A program made the translations under genes and the position numbers. Source: a virus. From it: a stretch of 64,000 bases of DNA. Shown here piece by piece: positions 45,701 to 55,572 of this stretch (positions within the stretch are counted from its first letter, which is position 1; the number at the start of each line of letters is the position of its first letter). The notes under the pieces are model-generated. The model searched no databases and had not been told where the DNA came from. It saw only the letters and a list, made by a program, of their open reading frames with translations. Location: the IMG/VR virus record IMGVR_UViG_3300051212_000701, positions 1 to 64,000 of that record; one strand, 5' to 3'.

Positions 45701-48700
45701 TATAAAAGAATGGATCAGAACCTGAAGCAGCTTTAGCTTCAGCAGCTGTCATAACTGGAAGATCTTGTCCACCTGTGTATGCTTTAAAACTTGCTGGCCT
45801 AAATCCTTTAGGCATGTTTGCTATTGTCATTGCTGTCTTAAAAGATTCTCTTTCTGACATAGGAAGAGTTCTAAGAGTATCTTTTCTTGCAAACTGATAA
45901 ATTTGTGCTAGTGCGTCATCATGATAGACTCTGCCTTCAGACAATCCTTTTGCTGCTTCAAGAAGTCTTCTTTTAAATACTTTTTTCTGTGCTTCATTTA
46001 ATCCTGGAAGATACCTAAATAACCTATCGTTTCTTGCAGCAAGAGCTCTAATTAATTCAGATCTAGTTAGTCCTCTTTTACCCATTCGTAATGCTTGGTT
46101 TTCTTCTGGATAAAGCCCAAGTATATTTCTGTCAAAAACTTCTACTGGATGATTTGGAAGTGCTCTTGCAAATGATTCTGTTCCTTTAGGAAGATGTTGT
46201 CCATAAACATCTGGTAGTTCATGTGCATACATCGCCATTGGAAGGCTTGCATGTGCTCCAACTGGGCCCCTCGTCATATCAATCTTTAGATCATTTAGTT
46301 TATCTAAGAGAGGAACACCTAGCTTATCTACAGCTTCTTTACGTAGTACATATTCACCCTCAGTAAGCCAAGCTGGTACTGTGTCTGTTCCGCTTGGACC
46401 ACCGCCAGCCATATAGACTGGGCCACCAGTTGCCATACGACGTGGGCGTGTTGTTTCAATGCTGTATGGAGCACCAAATGTTTTTACCTTAAGATTTTGT
46501 GCAATTCTATTTAGTAGACCTCTAGTTCTTCCAGGTCTAGCTAGTTCTTTCATATTACTTTTGCCAGTAACTGGATCAACTACTGGCTGATTAAGCAATG
46601 GAACATTTGTAAGATTAATACTTCTTCCTTGAGCTCCTGCAATATCTGTTGCTGCGCCAGCCATCATGGCTTCTATCTCTGCATTTAAAGCAATTATTTT
46701 TGATCTTGCTTGGTCTACACTTATTTTTCCAGCCTGTAGGTCAGCAACTATTGCAGCTGAGGCTTGTGCAGCGTTTGCAGTTAGCTCTGTCATCTTTGGC
46801 AACAAAGCTTGATAAGAGTCGGAAAGTTCTGATGTAATTAATCCTGTTCGCCCTACTTCTGTTTTTAATGCCTTTATTTCTGCATCAGACTGCATGGCAA
46901 GGGCTGCTGTCATGGCATGCCATCTAGCTGCTTCTTCTGCAACAATTCCAGTTGAAACTCCCTTGATTGATGTAAGACCTTCTATCTTTGGCAAATCTCC
47001 AGACATATACATCTGTGGATTTCCACCAATTTTTTGATTAACTTTAGGAGCTCCAGGAACTGTTCCAAATATTGTCTGTGTCATTCTTTCATCTGTTGTC
47101 ATTCCAGAAACAGGGTTTAGATGTGACATTGATCTTGTGTCTGTTGGGCTAATTAAAGGATGTGAAGGGTTTACTTGTCTGCCAGCAACAATTGTTCCAC
47201 CCATTGTTGTAAACATAGGTGTGCTTGATATTTGACCAGTTTTAGCCTTTGCTTCTAATATTGATAGTTCAGCTATCAGTCCTTCTATTGCAGTTTTTAA
47301 TACTGTTGCTGCCTTTGCGTCACTATAAAATGTAGACTCAATTAAAGATCCAGCTTTTTGTGCCGCCATCATTTGTGGCGTTAACATCTTCCAGCCTTCT
47401 CCGCCCTTGAAAAAAGCTTTAAATGCAGCTGCGCCTTTAACTATATAACCAAAAAAGTTAGCAAGAACACCAGTTAGCATAATTATAGGACCTATAACTG
47501 CTGTAAGACCTGTAACAAATGTTAAAATTGTTTTAACTGGTCCAGGTAGTTTATTTACGAATTGCACTATGCTATCTACAACATTAACAAAGAATGTTTG
47601 TACCTTAAGGAATTCTTCTCCTATACCTGCAAGGTTAGCTTTTAAAGACTCGACTGCTCTCTTGTATCGTCCAGATGCTGACTCTGTAACAAGCCTTAAT
47701 TCTCGCTCTGCTACTGATGCTAGGTCCTGAGAGCTTGCTTTCATTAGATCTAAAACTTGTAAAGTTTGGCTTCCTTCTTTTCCTAGATTTTCAAACAATG
47801 CCTGCATTCTTGCAAACTGAAACTTTCCGAAAAGTTGTTCAATTGCCTGTGATTTTTGTAAAGGATCGAGATTATCTAAAGCGGCTTGCAAATCCATAAT
47901 CATTGCTGTTAGGTCGCCAGCGTTGTCTGTTACTATACCTTTTAGATCAATTCCCATTTCTGCAAATTTTTCTGTTGCAACTTTTGTTGGGTTAATCAAA
48001 GAAGCAAGTGCCGACTTAAGTGCATTTGCGCCTTCTGTTGCGTTAACTCCGCCTTCACGCATAGCTGTTAGATATAATGCTAAATCTTTAACACTTCCGC
48101 CTAAACCTTGTATTACTGGACCAGCTTTAGGGATCGCTTCAATTAAATCTGCTAGGCTTGTTGAGGTTTGGTTTTCAACTGAGTTTAAAAAGTTAATAGA
48201 TTCTGTTAGCTGATCTGTGTTTTGTTTAAAAGCTGTTTGAATTGCTAAAGTTGCTTTCATAGCATCTTGTCTGTCAACTTCACCAAGTACAGCAAGACGG
48301 CTTGTTTCTTTTACAGAGCCTATAAGCTCTGCACCTTGTTGTCCTGTTGCTGCAATATCAGCAGCTAACTGTATTGTTTCTTTAAATGATGTTCCATATG
48401 CAGCCGATAACTCTTTTGCCGTAGAAGAAACATCTCTTCTAATCTTTGCAAGGTCTGCAGCAGATGTTGCTGCAACTCCACCATAAACCTTTGTTAATCT
48501 TGTAAGTTCTGCATCTGCTTCTCTAAAAGCTTTTGCTGCGGCAGCACCCATTGCTGCTAATGGGACAGTCAATCCTACAGTTAACTGACGACCTGCCCAC
48601 TGAGTATTTTTACCCCAGTTAATTAGTTGAACTCCGCCATCTTGAATAACCTTATTCATAATAGCAAGCTCTTGTCTTGCTAAAGCTGTTTTATTTTTTA

Positions 48701-49139
48701 CCGCATCTAAGCCTTGTGGAATATGAACATTGTATTGCATAAGCCCTTGAGCATTTTTGCCCAAGGGTTGCACAACTGCGTTTTGTAAAGCTACCTGCTG
48801 TTTTGCAAGCTCTCTAATTAGTCCGCCTGAAGTTTTTGTATGCTCTTGAAAAGTTCTAAAGTAATCTCTTAGCTTTAATTTTCCAGAGTCTAGGTTTTTG
48901 CCAAACTTTTCTACATCTGAAGTTAAGGTTACAAAGTGTGTTGAAAACTGCCCAGTTCTTCTTAAATTTTCTGCAAATGATCGATTCATTACAGCAATCT
49001 GATTTGCTAATTTTGCATCAGATTGAATTAACTGAGCCTGTAATTTAGATAGAGAAGCTGTTACCCTATTGACATCTGCAATAAGATTTGAAAAATCAGC
49101 ATTGGCAACTATATTAGTTACAATGTTTTCATCAGCCAT
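42735..49139 (-). CDS. tape measure protein
   Basis: 2134 aa, TP901-type core, hydrophobic segments, GTDTVPAWLTEGEYV motif, downstream of chaperones. Confidence 0.95.
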   Translation of the reverse strand: MADENIVTNIVANADFSNLIADVNRVTASLSKLQAQLIQSDAKLANQIAVMNRSFAENLRRTGQFSTHFVTLTSDVEKFGKNLDSGKLKLRDYFRTFQEHTKTSGGLIRELAKQQVALQNAVVQPLGKNAQGLMQYNVHIPQGLDAVKNKTALARQELAIMNKVIQDGGVQLINWGKNTQWAGRQLTVGLTVPLAAMGAAAAKAFREADAELTRLTKVYGGVAATSAADLAKIRRDVSSTAKELSAAYGTSFKETIQLAADIAATGQQGAELIGSVKETSRLAVLGEVDRQDAMKATLAIQTAFKQNTDQLTESINFLNSVENQTSTSLADLIEAIPKAGPVIQGLGGSVKDLALYLTAMREGGVNATEGANALKSALASLINPTKVATEKFAEMGIDLKGIVTDNAGDLTAMIMDLQAALDNLDPLQKSQAIEQLFGKFQFARMQALFENLGKEGSQTLQVLDLMKASSQDLASVAERELRLVTESASGRYKRAVESLKANLAGIGEEFLKVQTFFVNVVDSIVQFVNKLPGPVKTILTFVTGLTAVIGPIIMLTGVLANFFGYIVKGAAAFKAFFKGGEGWKMLTPQMMAAQKAGSLIESTFYSDAKAATVLKTAIEGLIAELSILEAKAKTGQISSTPMFTTMGGTIVAGRQVNPSHPLISPTDTRSMSHLNPVSGMTTDERMTQTIFGTVPGAPKVNQKIGGNPQMYMSGDLPKIEGLTSIKGVSTGIVAEEAARWHAMTAALAMQSDAEIKALKTEVGRTGLITSELSDSYQALLPKMTELTANAAQASAAIVADLQAGKISVDQARSKIIALNAEIEAMMAGAATDIAGAQGRSINLTNVPLLNQPVVDPVTGKSNMKELARPGRTRGLLNRIAQNLKVKTFGAPYSIETTRPRRMATGGPVYMAGGGPSGTDTVPAWLTEGEYVLRKEAVDKLGVPLLDKLNDLKIDMTRGPVGAHASLPMAMYAHELPDVYGQHLPKGTESFARALPNHPVEVFDRNILGLYPEENQALRMGKRGLTRSELIRALAARNDRLFRYLPGLNEAQKKVFKRRLLEAAKGLSEGRVYHDDALAQIYQFARKDTLRTLPMSERESFKTAMTIANMPKGFRPASFKAYTGGQDLPVMTAAEAKAASGSDPFFYTSPTSASGKGGKTTVVITDESGKKQSVTTGGSKMFRKGILSDPRLLGGRLNTRRVPTTYESKMLDRKWRRGYASGGYVGSGNGPMGYANGGPVKGYRGGGLVAGLLAAMGIPLLGNMLGDKVGGTPGAAISNVSNILPFLLPMGAMSGMTRGVTSKLPQSATSTLKPLAQTSANLINMGKAGSQAGAVMSKLGPVLGRVLASATPLGLAITGITTALTAGFTVFKKYQEQQKLNALGYGLTAEAAQKAGIKFVDYNQKIKDSIQRSKDLMEANKLAYESMTQAGIPIKMTITEYRKLKEEVKGAFDEQIKLINSTKKAELGDLAVRFKQQFIAAGMSADEATKKIYAMFALSKNADMAAAATVQNKDFNAMQDAKGAAMGALKSYNTAARLGNAQSQAAALNTALTAVDAGIEEIIKKSEDAAKKDKTGKTEKISMYQAEIQMMDYLNQSQYKQTTLTAATIKEMAKANPAIKELANTSDTVVSVWQKLRLQALGLQGDLSQLNAAQTQALYNMGMLIQQKVIDANKSAGGALADEYSALGKLQAQREKLAIQAKGQNVKDQISARDRIKALQKQIDATNKLADARIKALNAAKEDADLNREMESARLELQFAESTGNTEQAAQARLRYESAVQNLQTVGQTRAIEAARDKANAPLIAEIEKINAANQKLADAAATAGESLATLDKKIAALNKTIDGLNAAQTAYNLNLVKYLDENPGMTEADFRKTETGKYLLAGLVAPTEAAGVNLGPKKGANGQWYGLPNGGSSKPNQAGDLASKSITADRLIIGGKDYIDYMKASAGPTPATPVKFSDDPKKSGQYAGGTYVTASELEKSGAKKQFRGAGDRTGTWVGSTFTDKNGQRWRVTGEAGYAGFSVVKAGYGITSIDPTVPTIVGDKGPELLYGNMVIPDLNNIPYATPTYNVQSGQKSFAGLAAQSTPQQPIVLNQTIMQSEGENMDALVRKVTTATIEVLEKGNRRSISEMGPRRS

Positions 49140-49146
49140 TTGCTAT

Positions 49147-49814
49147 CTACTCCTTAACATATCCTAGTCCTGCTCCTATGCCAAAGCCAGCTTCTTGAGC
49201 TAGTTGTCCTTGCAAAGACAATATGTCACTGTCATCTGCATTTATACCTAGAGCTCTCTTTCTGACTTCTTCAAAACTAGAACTGTTTTCTTTTTCTTCA
49301 TCATCCTCTAAATTAATTCCTTTTAGGCTTGCAGTAAACTTTCTGTTTTCTGATTCCTTTTTAGACATTGATTTTAAAGTTTGAATAAGTTCTGGCATTG
49401 AGAGATTTGATTCTAGTTCATCGTAGTTCCGCCAATGTCCTAGAAGGAATACCTCTCCCTCTAAGGCAGCTAGATCTAGTTCATCCCAGCTAGAACCGCC
49501 GCCTGAGTTAAATTTGCGTTATCTTCATCCATCTTAATTCCTCCACAGACTTCTAGAATTCTGTTGATTGTTGGAATGTCAAGTGCTGCTTCTAACGCAT
49601 CTCTGTCTTTTACCAGGTTCGGAAGTTGGCCTTCAAGCGCCACTCCGCATGCCTCAATTAACAGATCAAGCGATTGTGATTGTTCTGTAACATCTGCAGT
49701 TTTGGTAATGACTGCCATAAACTTTCTTAGTTCTTTAATAGATAACGGCTTCAATTTTGCTATTGAGCCATCTTGTAGAGTAACTTCTTCTACGTTATAT
49801 ACTGTAGTTGCCAA
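49147..49814 (-). CDS. tail assembly chaperones G / GT with -1 frameshift
   Basis: ORF 49476-49814; -1 frame open from A AAT TTA (49509-49515) into 49147-49398. Confidence 0.85.
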
Positions 49815-49874
49815 TTTATCCTCCTTGGATAGTCTTAATTATTATAGCATAATGATATTACAGACACAATAACA

Positions 49875-49896
49875 AAGCCCCCTAAAAAGGGGGCTT
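49875..49896 (-). terminator. terminator after major tail protein
   Basis: AAGCCCCCT/AGGGGGCTT stem. Confidence 0.8.
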
Positions 49897-49912
49897 AGTT
49901 ATCTTAATTTAA

Positions 49913-50596
49913 TTAAGCTGGGGTCCAAGTACGGTCAATAATCTTTCCGTACTCTGATCCTACGTAACCTGCGTCTGGAAGAAGACGGAATGTTACTGGG
50001 AAAGATGTTGGTGTATTACGAGCAAGTGAGAATTGTGACTGTTGTACAGACAATACACGACGTGCATAGTAAATACGCTCTGAGTTAGGTGTTGAAGTTG
50101 TTGGAGCTTGTCCAATAGCTACGAGCTGACGCTCTGTAGGAGCAACACCAAGAGATCCTGCCTCAAGGCCGAGAGTTGTTCCTCCACCTGTAAGTGTTGA
50201 TTGTCCCTGTCCGAAAACTACAAGAACGTTCTCTAGTGTTCCTTCTGCCATTTCTGTTGCGATCATAACTTCCATCGCAGACTTAAATAGCTTTGCTGTA
50301 TCAAGCAACTGGTCTACAGTCACTGAATCGTATGTTGGGTTATAAGTGATCTGAAGACCATTGTTAGTAAATCCAACGTTACGATAAGCATTGTTTGCTG
50401 TTGACTGTGCAGCGTCTAGTGTTGTACGATACGAAGTAGTTGAAGCAAATGCTGGAACGCCATCCTTTGCAGATGTACCAGTTCTTGCTACTCCTGGCTC
50501 TGTATTTTCAACATATCCCGCTACAGTAGAGTCAGAATTCGAGATGTAGAGCGGTGAAGCTCCCACAAGAATATTTTTGGCTGAGTTAAATGCCAT
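49913..50596 (-). CDS. major tail (tube) protein
   Basis: NILVGA, GFTNNG, VDQ, VTFRLLPD; strong SD and terminator. Confidence 0.88.
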   Translation of the reverse strand: MAFNSAKNILVGASPLYISNSDSTVAGYVENTEPGVARTGTSAKDGVPAFASTTSYRTTLDAAQSTANNAYRNVGFTNNGLQITYNPTYDSVTVDQLLDTAKLFKSAMEVMIATEMAEGTLENVLVVFGQGQSTLTGGGTTLGLEAGSLGVAPTERQLVAIGQAPTTSTPNSERIYYARRVLSVQQSQFSLARNTPTSFPVTFRLLPDAGYVGSEYGKIIDRTWTPA

Positions 50597-50693
50597 CTTT
50601 GTTTTTCCTCCTGTTTCAAAAAAATATATATATATATTTTGTTGCTGTCAATCTTTGAATCTTTGGCTGGCTAGGCCCTTCCCTCTATATCCA

Positions 50694-50722
50694 ATTATAG
50701 AGAATTATGCCCCTTAAGGCAA
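50694..50722 (-). promoter_or_regulatory. promoter for major tail protein
   Basis: TTGCCT-17-TATAAT; same hexamers at 56366-56394. Confidence 0.7.
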
Positions 50723-50723
50723 A

Positions 50724-51245
50724 TCAATAAAATCTGCCTGCTGTGTCAACATTACGGGCATATTTAACTTCTAGGATAACGTCTGAAGAGAAAAATCCAG
50801 CCAGTTCCTCGGAAGGGGTGGTAGGAGATATATCTGCTATAAATACGCTATAGAACTTAAATTTTTCAGACAATACCATATCTCTGTTTAAATCATTGGC
50901 AGACTCGTCCATTCGCCTATATGTATCGGTCATCATATTCCTAATTTGAGCAATTTCAGAGATGTCTGTAGAGTATATTGTAAATAAAATTTGCTCGCAG
51001 CATACAACCCAATTCTCTTCATAAGAAAGGCCTATTTTGTCATAAACAATATGCGTCTTGCCATTTAAAAACTGATTCATTTCTGGAAGCTGCTGTACGG
51101 GGATTATTGGAATGAGTTCTTCTCCTATATTATCGCTATAGTAGTCTGATCCTTCAAATAATCCAGCGCTTGTTAGCTCTTGCCATAGGTGTGCTCTTAA
51201 ATCGTACATTACATCATACTTATATTTATTGTTTACTGGACTCAT
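50724..51245 (-). CDS. tail terminator-like protein
   Basis: Position before tail tube gene. Confidence 0.6.
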   Translation of the reverse strand: MSPVNNKYKYDVMYDLRAHLWQELTSAGLFEGSDYYSDNIGEELIPIIPVQQLPEMNQFLNGKTHIVYDKIGLSYEENWVVCCEQILFTIYSTDISEIAQIRNMMTDTYRRMDESANDLNRDMVLSEKFKFYSVFIADISPTTPSEELAGFFSSDVILEVKYARNVDTAGRFY

Positions 51246-52024
51246 GAGATTCCTCCAAATGCTGTAGATACTGCTGATGATGCTTGCATATCAACTGTAT
51301 TAGGTGAAAAAGAATATTTTACTTTTTTAATATCAACTGGAAGCCTCATAGCTTTTGTAACAGATGAATTAAATATTTGCTGAAAACCAGATTTTTTAAT
51401 AGAAAGATTTACAAGATTACTAGTAAAGAATCTTGCATAAGCAATTTGGAATCTATTAGTTGCTTTACCGCCACCAGGCTTTTTTACTGTTACTGGAGCA
51501 CCTTTAGGCATTCTAATTACACGTCCGTCTATTTCAAATACTAATCTTTCTGCAGCACGAGGTCTAATTACAACTGGTTCTCCAGCTTCCATTACCCTTG
51601 CTTTATTTCTAAACACATGACGAGAATTGCCATAATTTGTTGGAACCATTGACTTTGAGTCTTTAAAAGAATATCCTATTCTAAAAGACAAGCCTATTGA
51701 TTCTTTGATATCTAAAGTAAAAAGTCTTGCATTTTTACTTCCCGTCTTTTTCCATTCATACACATGATGAAGTGTAGATGGATTTAGTCTTGCCTGTGCA
51801 TCTATATACTCACCAAAATCTTTTTGAATTTGAGAAAATATAACACTACGAAATTTTTCTTGAAACTGTTTATTTGTTGTCAGCTTAGACATAACCTTAG
51901 ATTGATAATACACTGCTGCAGAAATTTGTGCAACTGTACTATCTTTTAAAACAATACCAGTAGTACCAGACATGTACTTATGTAGTCCGCTGGCTGCTTG
52001 TACCAATACTGCACTAGAGTCCAA
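51242..52024 (-). CDS. neck/tail completion protein
   Basis: Position; LHHVYEW, FRNKARVME motifs. Confidence 0.55.
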   Translation of the reverse strand: MDSSAVLVQAASGLHKYMSGTTGIVLKDSTVAQISAAVYYQSKVMSKLTTNKQFQEKFRSVIFSQIQKDFGEYIDAQARLNPSTLHHVYEWKKTGSKNARLFTLDIKESIGLSFRIGYSFKDSKSMVPTNYGNSRHVFRNKARVMEAGEPVVIRPRAAERLVFEIDGRVIRMPKGAPVTVKKPGGGKATNRFQIAYARFFTSNLVNLSIKKSGFQQIFNSSVTKAMRLPVDIKKVKYSFSPNTVDMQASSAVSTAFGGIS

Positions 52025-52442
52025 TTACCTGGTTCTCCGATCTTTTAATTGTAGTGTTATAACCAACAACCACTCCAAACAAATCTGTTATAGGTGTTGT
52101 TCCCATAACTTCAAAAACAGTAGGTGTATCGGTTGGAAAGTTTTGTTCTACCCATATTACTGTTCCTTCTGCGTCACGTAAATTAGTTATTTTTTCACGA
52201 TATCCAATTTTGCCTATTGTTCTAATTTGTATGATTTGCTCATTAGTATATTTATTACTTAAAACTTGCTTGTCTCCGCTTCTAGAAGAAGAAGAATTAG
52301 ATATGATTCCTTTTGCATGACAAGGCATACTTCTATCATATTGCCATTCTTTTTTTAATTGTCCGCTGTCAGGATCTTGATAGTCTATTTGTTTATAGAC
52401 GTCCATATTCATGCTTAATATAGAATCTATTAAGTCATTCAT
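52014..52442 (-). CDS. head-to-tail stopper-like protein
   Basis: Position and size. Confidence 0.6.
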   Translation of the reverse strand: MNDLIDSILSMNMDVYKQIDYQDPDSGQLKKEWQYDRSMPCHAKGIISNSSSSRSGDKQVLSNKYTNEQIIQIRTIGKIGYREKITNLRDAEGTVIWVEQNFPTDTPTVFEVMGTTPITDLFGVVVGYNTTIKRSENQVIGL

Positions 52443-53416
52443 TATATTACTACCATTTGGCTTAGCACGTAATCTGCAAGCAAATTATCAACATATAGAT
52501 TTCCTGTTGTTTTATGTGCATCTGGTGTATATTCAAAATCCCAGTCAAATGTTGATATTGATTTAATATATTTATTTCTCCAGATTCTATCTTTTGAGAA
52601 ATAGTCTTTCATGAGCTCTATACATGCTGTTTCTATATCATTTGGAACATGTGTCCAGCCAAATCTTCCTTCAATTCTGTAAGCCTGATCTTTAACAAAT
52701 GCTCCTTGATATGAATCATTGATAGAAGGTGGCACTAAACCGTTAGCTGAATATACCAAATTATCCAGCGAGCTTGCTCTATTGATTCTAACTCCAAATC
52801 CAGATTCTGATATTTGTGTTTGATATATCCAGTTATTAGAGTTGCTTATATTATCTAAAACAAGAACGTCGTTTTGATATATTCTATGTATTGTGCTAAT
52901 TTTTGCTGGCAAAGGAAGAACATCTGATCCAGAGCCGTATACGGTCACAGTGTCTAGATATGGATAAAATTTTTGAGTTGTAAAACTTTCAATTGTTTTT
53001 CTTGCATATCTTTCTGCTTGAACAATTTGAAAATATGTTTTATAGTTAGGGTCTGAAGGATCTGAGCCTAAACCTAGCTCTTCCCCAGCCTGTGTTATGT
53101 CTACATATGGAGTTACAACAATAAGGTCATCTGTTTTTTCTAAGCTTTCTCCGTTTACAGAATACTCCCATTTAATAACCATTCTTCTATCTCTATTTAC
53201 AAGAGAAATTGGTGGATATACTTCGTAAACTCCAACATCTGTTTCAATTTTTGTAGCAACAAGGGTAGACAAAACTGTTCCTGGATTAATATTGTAAAGA
53301 GGATCTAAACTTACATCATATATCTTAGCTGTAGGTGCAGAGTCAGCATCTGACGGAGCACCTCTCCAATATACTTTATGCTTTATTGGCGCATTAGTCC
53401 CTACTAATATTTCCAT
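52442..53416 (-). CDS. head-to-tail adaptor
   Basis: ARKTIESFT..F, GRFGW..VP.DI..AC, TGNLYVD.LL..Y. Confidence 0.75.
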   Translation of the reverse strand: MEILVGTNAPIKHKVYWRGAPSDADSAPTAKIYDVSLDPLYNINPGTVLSTLVATKIETDVGVYEVYPPISLVNRDRRMVIKWEYSVNGESLEKTDDLIVVTPYVDITQAGEELGLGSDPSDPNYKTYFQIVQAERYARKTIESFTTQKFYPYLDTVTVYGSGSDVLPLPAKISTIHRIYQNDVLVLDNISNSNNWIYQTQISESGFGVRINRASSLDNLVYSANGLVPPSINDSYQGAFVKDQAYRIEGRFGWTHVPNDIETACIELMKDYFSKDRIWRNKYIKSISTFDWDFEYTPDAHKTTGNLYVDNLLADYVLSQMVVI

Positions 53417-53426
53417 TTAGTAAAGA

Positions 53427-53834
53427 TTATCCGTAGTACTCCTGAACTTCCTTTGGGGTAGCTAAACGGAAACCTTCCTCCTTGTCAAAAATTTCTTGAG
53501 CTTGATCTTCGCTCATTGCAACAAACGGGTGTTCTTTTGTAAAAGTAAATCCTAGAATATCATATCTAAAATTTTCTCTAGTCATTCTAACCAAAACTGT
53601 GTCCTCTGCATTTATTGCTTTAGTATCTAGTCTTGGAAGAACCTCTTCGCTTAAAAATGCGTCTTCGCTTGCTTCTTTAATTGTATCTAGTGTCTTTTGA
53701 TAAACCGACCAGGTTACGCCTTCTTCTGCTAATGCGGCAATAATATTTGCCTTGCTTTTAATTCCATCAGTATCTACTGCAAAGTTCTCTGCAATTTCTC
53801 TGAGTTCTGCGACTTTTAATGTCTCAAATGACAT
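53427..53834 (-). CDS. Rho-N/HeH-like domain protein
   Basis: LKVAELREIA...KANII. Confidence 0.6.
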   Translation of the reverse strand: MSFETLKVAELREIAENFAVDTDGIKSKANIIAALAEEGVTWSVYQKTLDTIKEASEDAFLSEEVLPRLDTKAINAEDTVLVRMTRENFRYDILGFTFTKEHPFVAMSEDQAQEIFDKEEGFRLATPKEVQEYYG

Positions 53835-53887
53835 GTATTGCTCCTTCTACTAGGTACTAACAATTATAGCATTGTTAAATTAAAATG

Positions 53888-53922
53888 AAAAGCCCCCCAA
53901 AAATTTATTCTGAGGGGCTTTT
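53888..53922 (-). terminator. terminator after capsid gene
   Basis: AAAAGCCCC/GGGGCTTTT. Confidence 0.8.
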
Positions 53923-53943
53923 AGCAGATCTAAATCCTATATA

Positions 53944-54996
53944 TTAGGAAGCGACCTTAACGTTCTTGACAACGACCCAGCAGTCTGCCTGCTCGATTTG
54001 TACTCCAACACGAGTATACATTGTGTACTCGATAGAGTCCTTACGTGGCCAGAAGAATCTGTAGACGGTTACGTCACGCTTGATACCAATAACAATGTTA
54101 TTTGGGAATGTCAAGTGTAGATCTCCGTGTTGTCCTGATGCTCCAGTGTGAGTTCCTGTTTGTGCTTCTGGAAGAAGTGGAACTTCGACAATTGGAATAC
54201 CAAATGCGAATGGTGCAACGAATCCTGCTGGACCACCGAGACCTGGTTGAGTTCCACGGATAACGCTTGAAGCGATATCTTGTGGGTTAGCTGAACCGTA
54301 GTCACCCAACTGTGATGTTGAGTATAGGTAATCCTGGATCAAGTTTGAACCAGAAAGGAAGCGAAGGTCTGCACGGCGCTGCTTGTACTTACGTGGCATT
54401 GCCTTAAGTGCTGAGTTAAATACTGCACGAGAAATATTTGCTCCTGCTGCATCAACTACACGACCTGTTCCCTTTGCCTTCTTTACAACGCCATCAAATG
54501 ACTTGTAAAGTGCATCTCCTGTTAGGGATGTATCTCCATTGAGGACTACGTCTTCAATGTCGTTTCCTGCTTGCGTTGCCATCAAACGTGCAATATGATC
54601 TTCTAGATCTGCACCTTCGATGTTGTCCTCAAGGGACTCTGTTGAAAGCTCCCAGTCCATGCGGAGTTTCTTTGTTGTAATTGAGATCTTAGAGAAAGTT
54701 ACTGCAGAGTTTGCTGCTGTATCTTCTCCTTCAGTTGCAAGCTTCATAAGCTTCTCGCCAACTGACATGCGATCAATTTCTGCTGTATCTGCCTTCAATC
54801 TTACTGTACGTGCGACCTTGCCGATTACGGTTGCGTCGAACATATAGTCAAGGAAGCGAGCAGATTGCTCTGGGTTTAGAAGACCACCATTGCCAGCTTC
54901 AGCAGCACGGTGTACTCCACCAGCTGTTGTATTAGAGGCAAATGTAGCAGTGCTTGTAGCTCCTGCGGCAGCTTTTTCTAATAGTTCATTGCTCAT
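53944..54996 (-). CDS. major capsid protein (HK97 fold)
   Basis: GGLLNPEQ, LEDNIEG, NGD, follows protease/scaffold. Confidence 0.93.
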   Translation of the reverse strand: MSNELLEKAAAGATSTATFASNTTAGGVHRAAEAGNGGLLNPEQSARFLDYMFDATVIGKVARTVRLKADTAEIDRMSVGEKLMKLATEGEDTAANSAVTFSKISITTKKLRMDWELSTESLEDNIEGADLEDHIARLMATQAGNDIEDVVLNGDTSLTGDALYKSFDGVVKKAKGTGRVVDAAGANISRAVFNSALKAMPRKYKQRRADLRFLSGSNLIQDYLYSTSQLGDYGSANPQDIASSVIRGTQPGLGGPAGFVAPFAFGIPIVEVPLLPEAQTGTHTGASGQHGDLHLTFPNNIVIGIKRDVTVYRFFWPRKDSIEYTMYTRVGVQIEQADCWVVVKNVKVAS

Positions 54997-55011
54997 TGTT
55001 TTTTACCTACC

Positions 55012-55572
55012 TTAGTTAAATATTTCGTTCACGGAACCGAGGAAAGAACCGTTCCATTTAGATTTCTTGATTGTTACCTCTTCTGATCGGCCAAGATCGG
55101 AAGACTTCTTAATTGCTGTTTCTGCCTCAACGGCGTCTACACGCTTTTGTACTCCTGAAAGAGTACCTTTTACTTCATTTACAGCATTTGATAATGCTGT
55201 GTGTTGTTCTGCCAACTCTGTAATTCTAGCATCTACGCTCTTGCTGAATGTCTCAACTGTTTCCTTAATTGATGCAACTTGAGCAGCATTTGATTCGGAT
55301 GCCTTTGTCAAAGTATCCGAGAAAAAGCCTTTTAGTTCGCCCAACATTTTTGCAAAATCAGGTTCTGCATTGACCTCAACTTCTGATACGTCGGCTGCTT
55401 TCTCCAGAGTTTCGGCAGGAGCGTCTTCTGCAGGTGCTTCTGCTGCTTCTGCGGCTGGAGCCTCTGCTTCAACTGCAACTGCTTCGGCTGGAGCCTCTGC
55501 AACTGGAGTTGTCTCTTCTGCAGCTACAGCAGTCTCTTCGACAACTGCTACTGCTTCTGTATTTTCTGACAC
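55012..55572 (-). CDS. nested in-frame scaffolding protein
   Basis: AAGGAGGT SD 6 nt before in-frame GTG (VSENTE). Confidence 0.7.
   Translation of the reverse strand: MSENTEAVAVVEETAVAAEETTPVAEAPAEAVAVEAEAPAAEAAEAPAEDAPAETLEKAADVSEVEVNAEPDFAKMLGELKGFFSDTLTKASESNAAQVASIKETVETFSKSVDARITELAEQHTALSNAVNEVKGTLSGVQKRVDAVEAETAIKKSSDLGRSEEVTIKKSKWNGSFLGSVNEIFN

Noticed and set aside
50617-50640. (AT)n palindrome in tail gene leader
   Set aside because: Low complexity; no function can be supported
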